64,000 bases of DNA, from the IMG/VR virus record IMGVR_UViG_3300013383_000004, positions 1 to 64,000 of that record; one strand, written 5' to 3'. Position 1 is the stretch's first letter. Each line of letters opens with the position of its first letter. Below are positions 58,383 through 64,000 of the stretch, in pieces. The notes below the pieces were generated by a model. It had not been told where the DNA came from and searched no databases. It was given only the letters and a program-made list of their open reading frames with translations. The stretch is from a virus (lineage: Duplodnaviria; Caudoviricetes). Both the position numbers and the translations under genes were made by a program.

Positions 58383-61300
58383 TAAAGCAGGATAACCATG
58401 TTTTTCAAGGAATAAAACAAGATAGTTCTCCTATTACACAGGAGTCTAAATTTCTTTGGGATGCATTTAATATAAGATTTACAATCAGAGATTATAACAC
58501 CTCTACTTTAACAATGACTAATGAAAGAGGCACAACATTTGTAAGTGAAATGAAAGGTGTTTATGTTGGTTATTGTACAGTAGGCAGTTATCTAGTTGTA
58601 TTTACATCCTTTACAGAAAATAATGAGCATACAAACTATATTTATAGAATAGGAAACAATGCTTTAGGAAGGGTAGATAATATATATATAGGTAATCTCA
58701 ATATAAGACCTGAGAATGAGTTACAAACACTAGGAATCTATGAAGGAGATTTAGTACAAAAAGTATATTGGGTAGATGGTGTAAATCAGCCTAGAGTAAT
58801 TAATATTATGGCTGATAAATTACTTTACAATAAAGATTACCCAGATTTATCTGTGATAGAAAAATCAAAACTTTACCCAAAAGGATGTTTTGATTTTGTA
58901 CAGGAGCTTTCTCTTGATGAAGAAATTTCTGTTAAAAGAGAAGAAGGGGGAGGTACTTTTTCACCCGGTATTATACAATATGCTTTTTCTTATTATAATA
59001 AATATGGTCAAGAGAGTAATATTTTTTATACTACTGAGTTATTTAATATTTCCTATGTTACTAGAGGAGGAAGTCCAGAAGATGTTGTATCTAATTCTTT
59101 CCATATATCTGTAAAGAATCTTGAGACTAATTTTCAATATTTAAGAATATATTCTATACATAGAACATCTCTTAATGCTACACCTAATGTCAAGATAGTT
59201 ACTGACATAGAACTTAGTAGTGCAGGGGCATCTGAGTCTGCTGAAATATTATATATTGATACAGGCACAACAGGTGATAACATAGACCCTTCTAAGATGT
59301 TATATATAGGAGGAGAATCTATTATTGCAAGTACTATTACTGAGAAAGATAATACTTTATTTTTAGGAAACATAGAACTTAAAAAAGATTATATTCCTAG
59401 TGCTGTAAAAGAAAGTCTTAGGGAATTATTTAAAAATGATAATGTAGAACATACAACAAGAACTATAACATTTAAAAATATTGATGATGATAGTTCTTTA
59501 TATGATTATAATAATCAATTAATAGCAGGTAATACATCTACTTTTAAAGTAGGAGATACTTATAGATTAGGATTACAGTTTCAATATAAAAATGGAAAAT
59601 GGTCAGAACCTTGTTGGCTAGGTGATTACACAGTACCAAGATATAATAAACCACATAGAGGTAAAGATAAAAGTGGTAATGATACTCTTACAGTCCCTAG
59701 TATGTTCATTAGTAATTTAGGCAAATCTAATATTGATACATTAAGCGAACTAGGCTATAAAAAAGTTAGACCTTTAGTTGTTTTACCAACTACTTATGAC
59801 AGAACAGTGTTAGCACAAGGGATATTATGTCCTACTGTATTTAATGCAAAAGAGAGATACTCTAATACTCCTTTTGCTCAATCATCATGGTTCTTTAGAC
59901 CTATATCTGCACAAGCAACTAATAGTACAGGAATAGAGAATGGAGCTACAGTAGCATTTAAACATCTAGAGCCATTATTCAGTGAAGATAATAGAGGAGC
60001 AGAAATTCAAAATATGCCTTATCTTCCATTTGATTATGTTAATAGAGAAGTAAAAAACAATAATACTTCTATCAATGCTTTTTATGTAGATCAATCTATA
60101 CTTACTATGCACTCTCCTGATATAGAGTTTGATGATAGTACAAAACAAGCATTAGAGGGCAATGATTTTGAACTTGACATAGTGGGAGTAGCATCTTTTA
60201 AAAATAATGCTGGGGATATATCTATTCAAACTTCTTCTGCTGTACCTGCACCTGGTGATGAAGGATTTTTTCATAAGTCTTTCTTTACTACTAACTATGA
60301 AAATAAAGGAATGGTAGCAGGAATGTTTTATAAAAGTCATCTTGTAGATGAGAATGAGAATGCAGCAGAGTATTCTCCTTACTTAGCTAATGATAAAAAT
60401 TGGGAATTTAATTTTCTTGTTTACCCTTGGCATAGAAGTGGATCTTTAAATAATGATTGTACTAGACCAGAAGGAAAGGGTGTTAGGACATCTGTTTTAA
60501 AGAGAAAAGTAATATCTAATCTTAGATTTTCTCCAGATACTGCATGGTTAGATAATATATGGACAGCAGAGAAAACAGAAGGCAGTGCAAAAAATGGTAT
60601 AACTCCAGTATCTATATTTAACAGCAATGAAGTGTCCCTCATTAAAATTCCTGTACCAAAGAACTCTGGTATAAAGGCTTTAAATTATTATGGTAATATT
60701 GACACTTTAGTTACAACAAATATAGATTATAGTTTTTATGTATGCCCTTCTAATGTTGTAAAAGATCCTTTTACATCAAGTTTACAAAATATTAGTAAGG
60801 ACTATGCATCTTTATCTTCAGGAGGTAGTTTTGTAGGAGATTACAATCCTCAATTAAAAACTACAAAAGAGCCTGTCAGAATGAAATATAAATCTACTCC
60901 TCATGCTGTCTTTGCTTTTAATTATAGTGATGTGGAAACTCCTGTAATATTACCTAAATTAAATGACCTTAATGTATTTGATACTGTTCTTATTAATCCA
61001 TTTTGGAGTAGTAATCAGTCTGTAGACCCTAGATTTGATAATCCTATAATAGCTGAAATAGCAGATAGTACAATATCTATGTCTTGGGAAAAAACACCTA
61101 GTGAAATAGAGAAGGAAATTAAAGAAACTTTATTAAAAAAATATCCTAATGCAGAAAATGGATATTATGCTATATGCAGTTGTTCTTCAAGACTGGGAAA
61201 TGTATCTTTAGCAGATCTTTATAAACTAACTATAACTACAAAAACTGATCAAAATAGTGCAGGGGGGCAAACTATAACCACTATTAAATCATGGGATAAG

Positions 61301-62923
61301 ATAAAATTAGAAGAGAAAGATGTTGGTACTATATACCAATATAAAGGTACTAATTTATTTTGGGAAGTGAGTAAAGAGAGCTTCGGTTATTGTCTACAAG
61401 CGGCTGATAATAATAGTACTAAATATACTGTATCACAAGATAGTATTAATTATGATGGTTCTGCAAAAGCCTTCCTATACATAGCAGAGTTAAAGAGAAA
61501 GTCTACCCCTATAAACAGGTTTGGAGGAGATACTTCCGAAGCATTGAGAAATAATTTATGGCTTCCTGCTGGAAAAGCTGTTAGCTTACAAGAGGAGATT
61601 AACTTTGAGTATGGAGATACTTACTATCAAAGATATGATTGTTTAAAGACATATCCATTTACTTCAGAAGATGAAAATAGTGTGGTTGAGATAGCCTCTT
61701 TTATGTGTGAGAGTAGAATTAACTTAGATGGAAGATATGATAGAAACAGAGGGCAGCTAAGTAACTTAAATATGTCTCCACAAAACTTTAATTTAATTAA
61801 TTCTGTTTATTCTCAAAAAGATAATTTTTATAATTATAGGATTCTTGATGATCAATATTACAGAACTATTAAATATCCTACCCAAGTATTATGGTCTTTA
61901 GAAAAAACTAACCTTGAGGATATAGATACATGGACAAACATTACTTTAGCTAATTCCCTAGACCTTAATGGTAGTGCAGGCAGTGTTACCTCACTTGCAA
62001 CATTTAATGATACTCTTTTTGCTTTTCAAGAAAAGGCTATAAATCAAATACTATTTAATAGTAGAGTGCAAATTCCTACAGCAGATAATATTCCTGTAGA
62101 AATAAGTAATAATTATAAAGTTGATGGAACTAGAGTATTAAGTGATATTATAGGATGTCAAGATAAAAGGGCTGTAGTAAAATCCCCTTATGGCCTTTAT
62201 TTTATAGACAAGTTTACTAATGCTTTATATTGTTTTAGTGGGGAATTAAAAAATATCAGCATACAAAATGGAATGCAGAGATATATGATTCTTAATAAAT
62301 CCAATATTTTAAAATTATATTATGACTCAAAGAATAAAGATCTTTATATTACATCTAGTGGATCACCTTCATTATGTTACTCAGAACAATTAGGTTGCTT
62401 TACATCTTATTTTGCATATACATATAAAGATGTTATGTTTTCACTTGGGGATAGGTTCTTTACCTTAAGAAATAGTAATGAAACTACTCTTAAATTATGG
62501 GAGAATTTTACAGGGGATTACAATAATTTTTATGATGAGATCTACATGCCTTTTTTTACTTATATAAGTAATGAGGACCCATTGTATACTAAGATATTTG
62601 ATACTATAGAATATCAAGCTGATTTCTATGATGCAGAGGGAAATCCTTTACCTAATAAATCATTTGAAACTATTCAAGTTTATAATGAATATCAAGATTC
62701 TGGAACACATAATTTTAATCAATTAAGAAGGATTATTAATAATAAAGACAACTCTCTTAGAAAGAAGTTTAGAATATGGAGAGGTCAAATTCCTAGGGAT
62801 GGAAGAGAAAGGATTAGAAATCCTTGGGCTGCTATAACTATAGGCTTTAAGCCTTCAAGTAGTGAAGAAAGTAGTAATTTCTATTTTACTCTTCATAATA
62901 TATCCACTAAATATACAATATAA
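58379..62923 (+). CDS. muzzle / tail stabilisation protein
   Basis: 1514 aa beta-rich; A.NIR, NERGT, VYWVDGVNQPRVINI, GDTY, KKFRIWR..IPR. Confidence 0.75.
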   Translation: MIKQDNHVFQGIKQDSSPITQESKFLWDAFNIRFTIRDYNTSTLTMTNERGTTFVSEMKGVYVGYCTVGSYLVVFTSFTENNEHTNYIYRIGNNALGRVDNIYIGNLNIRPENELQTLGIYEGDLVQKVYWVDGVNQPRVINIMADKLLYNKDYPDLSVIEKSKLYPKGCFDFVQELSLDEEISVKREEGGGTFSPGIIQYAFSYYNKYGQESNIFYTTELFNISYVTRGGSPEDVVSNSFHISVKNLETNFQYLRIYSIHRTSLNATPNVKIVTDIELSSAGASESAEILYIDTGTTGDNIDPSKMLYIGGESIIASTITEKDNTLFLGNIELKKDYIPSAVKESLRELFKNDNVEHTTRTITFKNIDDDSSLYDYNNQLIAGNTSTFKVGDTYRLGLQFQYKNGKWSEPCWLGDYTVPRYNKPHRGKDKSGNDTLTVPSMFISNLGKSNIDTLSELGYKKVRPLVVLPTTYDRTVLAQGILCPTVFNAKERYSNTPFAQSSWFFRPISAQATNSTGIENGATVAFKHLEPLFSEDNRGAEIQNMPYLPFDYVNREVKNNNTSINAFYVDQSILTMHSPDIEFDDSTKQALEGNDFELDIVGVASFKNNAGDISIQTSSAVPAPGDEGFFHKSFFTTNYENKGMVAGMFYKSHLVDENENAAEYSPYLANDKNWEFNFLVYPWHRSGSLNNDCTRPEGKGVRTSVLKRKVISNLRFSPDTAWLDNIWTAEKTEGSAKNGITPVSIFNSNEVSLIKIPVPKNSGIKALNYYGNIDTLVTTNIDYSFYVCPSNVVKDPFTSSLQNISKDYASLSSGGSFVGDYNPQLKTTKEPVRMKYKSTPHAVFAFNYSDVETPVILPKLNDLNVFDTVLINPFWSSNQSVDPRFDNPIIAEIADSTISMSWEKTPSEIEKEIKETLLKKYPNAENGYYAICSCSSRLGNVSLADLYKLTITTKTDQNSAGGQTITTIKSWDKIKLEEKDVGTIYQYKGTNLFWEVSKESFGYCLQAADNNSTKYTVSQDSINYDGSAKAFLYIAELKRKSTPINRFGGDTSEALRNNLWLPAGKAVSLQEEINFEYGDTYYQRYDCLKTYPFTSEDENSVVEIASFMCESRINLDGRYDRNRGQLSNLNMSPQNFNLINSVYSQKDNFYNYRILDDQYYRTIKYPTQVLWSLEKTNLEDIDTWTNITLANSLDLNGSAGSVTSLATFNDTLFAFQEKAINQILFNSRVQIPTADNIPVEISNNYKVDGTRVLSDIIGCQDKRAVVKSPYGLYFIDKFTNALYCFSGELKNISIQNGMQRYMILNKSNILKLYYDSKNKDLYITSSGSPSLCYSEQLGCFTSYFAYTYKDVMFSLGDRFFTLRNSNETTLKLWENFTGDYNNFYDEIYMPFFTYISNEDPLYTKIFDTIEYQADFYDAEGNPLPNKSFETIQVYNEYQDSGTHNFNQLRRIINNKDNSLRKKFRIWRGQIPRDGRERIRNPWAAITIGFKPSSSEESSNFYFTLHNISTKYTI

Positions 62924-62927
62924 TTTA

Positions 62928-62962
62928 ATAGGGGTATAAGAGCAATCTTATATCCCTATTAT
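62928..62962 (+). terminator. intrinsic terminator / hairpin
   Basis: ATAGGGGTATAAG/CTTATATCCCTAT. Confidence 0.6.
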
Positions 62963-63001
62963 TGTTATAATTAAATACTTGCTGATTTAATATATTTTAT
63001 A

Positions 63002-63011
63002 TATCTTTGCA
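63002..63011 (+). promoter_or_regulatory. Bacteroidota -7 promoter element
   Basis: TATCTTTGCA upstream of ATG 63030. Confidence 0.65.
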
Positions 63012-63029
63012 CTAATAAATATATAAATT

Positions 63030-64000
63030 ATGGCTTATAAAATTAATAAAGGAAAATATAATAAATTATTAAGTTATAGAAATCGCTATTATAATTTAGG
63101 AGGTGATATTAATGAACTACCTCTGTTTTATCAATATGCGGATTCTAATGATAGTTTTATAGGAAATCCTATCTCTAATATATATCAAGGAGATAGTGCT
63201 ACAGATGCTTTAGTACAACAAAATATAGTTCCCTCACCTCCTCCTTTACAAAGAGTAGATATTCCTAAACAACCTAATAAAACTCTTCAATCCCTTGAAG
63301 ATATGTTTAACTCAGGAGCTTTAAATAATGCTGCTACTGCATTAGGAAGTATGGCAGGCAGTGGTATAGCAGGGGGTTTAGAAAGTGGAGCAGGTAGTGT
63401 TTTTAGTAGCCTAGGTAATATTGCAAGTACTATCCCTGGACCTTGGGGTGCTATCGCAGGAGCAGGACTTAATGTTATAGGAGGCCTTACTAATAGAATG
63501 TTTGGCTCTAAATTGAATCAAGAAAATATTAATGCTACTAATTCTACTATAAACAGACTTAATAATTTTCAATCAAATGCCAATAGCTTTGATACTTTAG
63601 CGGATATTTGGGGAAGTACAGCTTTAGGTACTAATTTCTCTGATAGTTATATAGGCAAAGATGGATGGTTCTCAAATAAGGCAAAAAATAAAGCTAAACA
63701 ATTAAGAGAAAGGATGAATCTATCTAATGCCTTTGCTGAAAACTCATTACAAAATAATGCTGACAATCTTACAGAAACTACAATGAACAATCTAGAAGCT
63801 AGTTATGCTGCTCTTGGGGGTCTCTTGAATCAATATGCTAATGGTGGTGGAATACATATAGACCCCAGAAATAAAGGTAAGTTCAATGCCACTAAAGAGA
63901 GAACAGGAAAAACTACAGAAGAGCTTACACATAGTAAGAATCCACTTACAAAAAAGAGAGCTATATTTGCTCAGAATGCAGCAAAGTGGCACCATGCTTT
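63030..64000 (+). CDS. cargo/ejection protein, 5' part (runs off the window)
   Basis: Open frame MAYKINKG...; Gly/Ala-rich segment IPGPWGAIAGAGLNVIGG; YxxGG motifs. Confidence 0.7.
   Translation, partial: MAYKINKGKYNKLLSYRNRYYNLGGDINELPLFYQYADSNDSFIGNPISNIYQGDSATDALVQQNIVPSPPPLQRVDIPKQPNKTLQSLEDMFNSGALNNAATALGSMAGSGIAGGLESGAGSVFSSLGNIASTIPGPWGAIAGAGLNVIGGLTNRMFGSKLNQENINATNSTINRLNNFQSNANSFDTLADIWGSTALGTNFSDSYIGKDGWFSNKAKNKAKQLRERMNLSNAFAENSLQNNADNLTETTMNNLEASYAALGGLLNQYANGGGIHIDPRNKGKFNATKERTGKTTEELTHSKNPLTKKRAIFAQNAAKWHHA

Noticed and set aside
1-64000. Stop-codon reassignment (TAG or TGA), known in some crAss-like phages
   Set aside because: Long genes are intact in the standard code, the breaks in polA and MCP are explained by introns, and no suppressor tRNA was found

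Overview
This is a 64 kb, very AT-rich segment of a crAss-like (Crassvirales) phage, probably infecting Bacteroidota (TAnnTTTG promoters). It reads in the standard code, with no stop-codon recoding seen. Two arms diverge at about 27.9 kb. The minus arm carries small early genes and a replication/nucleotide module: SF2 and DnaB-like helicases, AAA ATPase, SSB-like protein, primase, rIIA/rIIB, nucleases, NrdD/NrdG, dUTPase, aspartyl protease and an intron-split family A polymerase. The plus arm carries tRNAs, GroES, terminase, portal, fibres/spike, lysis genes, scaffold, major capsid protein (MCP), ring proteins, muzzle and the start of a cargo protein. Five group I introns were mapped by hand to the nucleotide: one in polA and four in the MCP gene, which splices to 504 aa. 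They carry LAGLIDADG (broken), GIY-YIG and HNH endonucleases and one nuclease-less ORF. The least explained biology lies at 24.6-30.5 kb. It includes a duplicated module of a 17-bp motif, a covarying pseudoknot RNA leader and a ~100 aa protein; two ~300-380 nt ORF-free structured RNA candidates; and a 56-nt miniature cloverleaf. All annotation is from manual reading; no searches were run.
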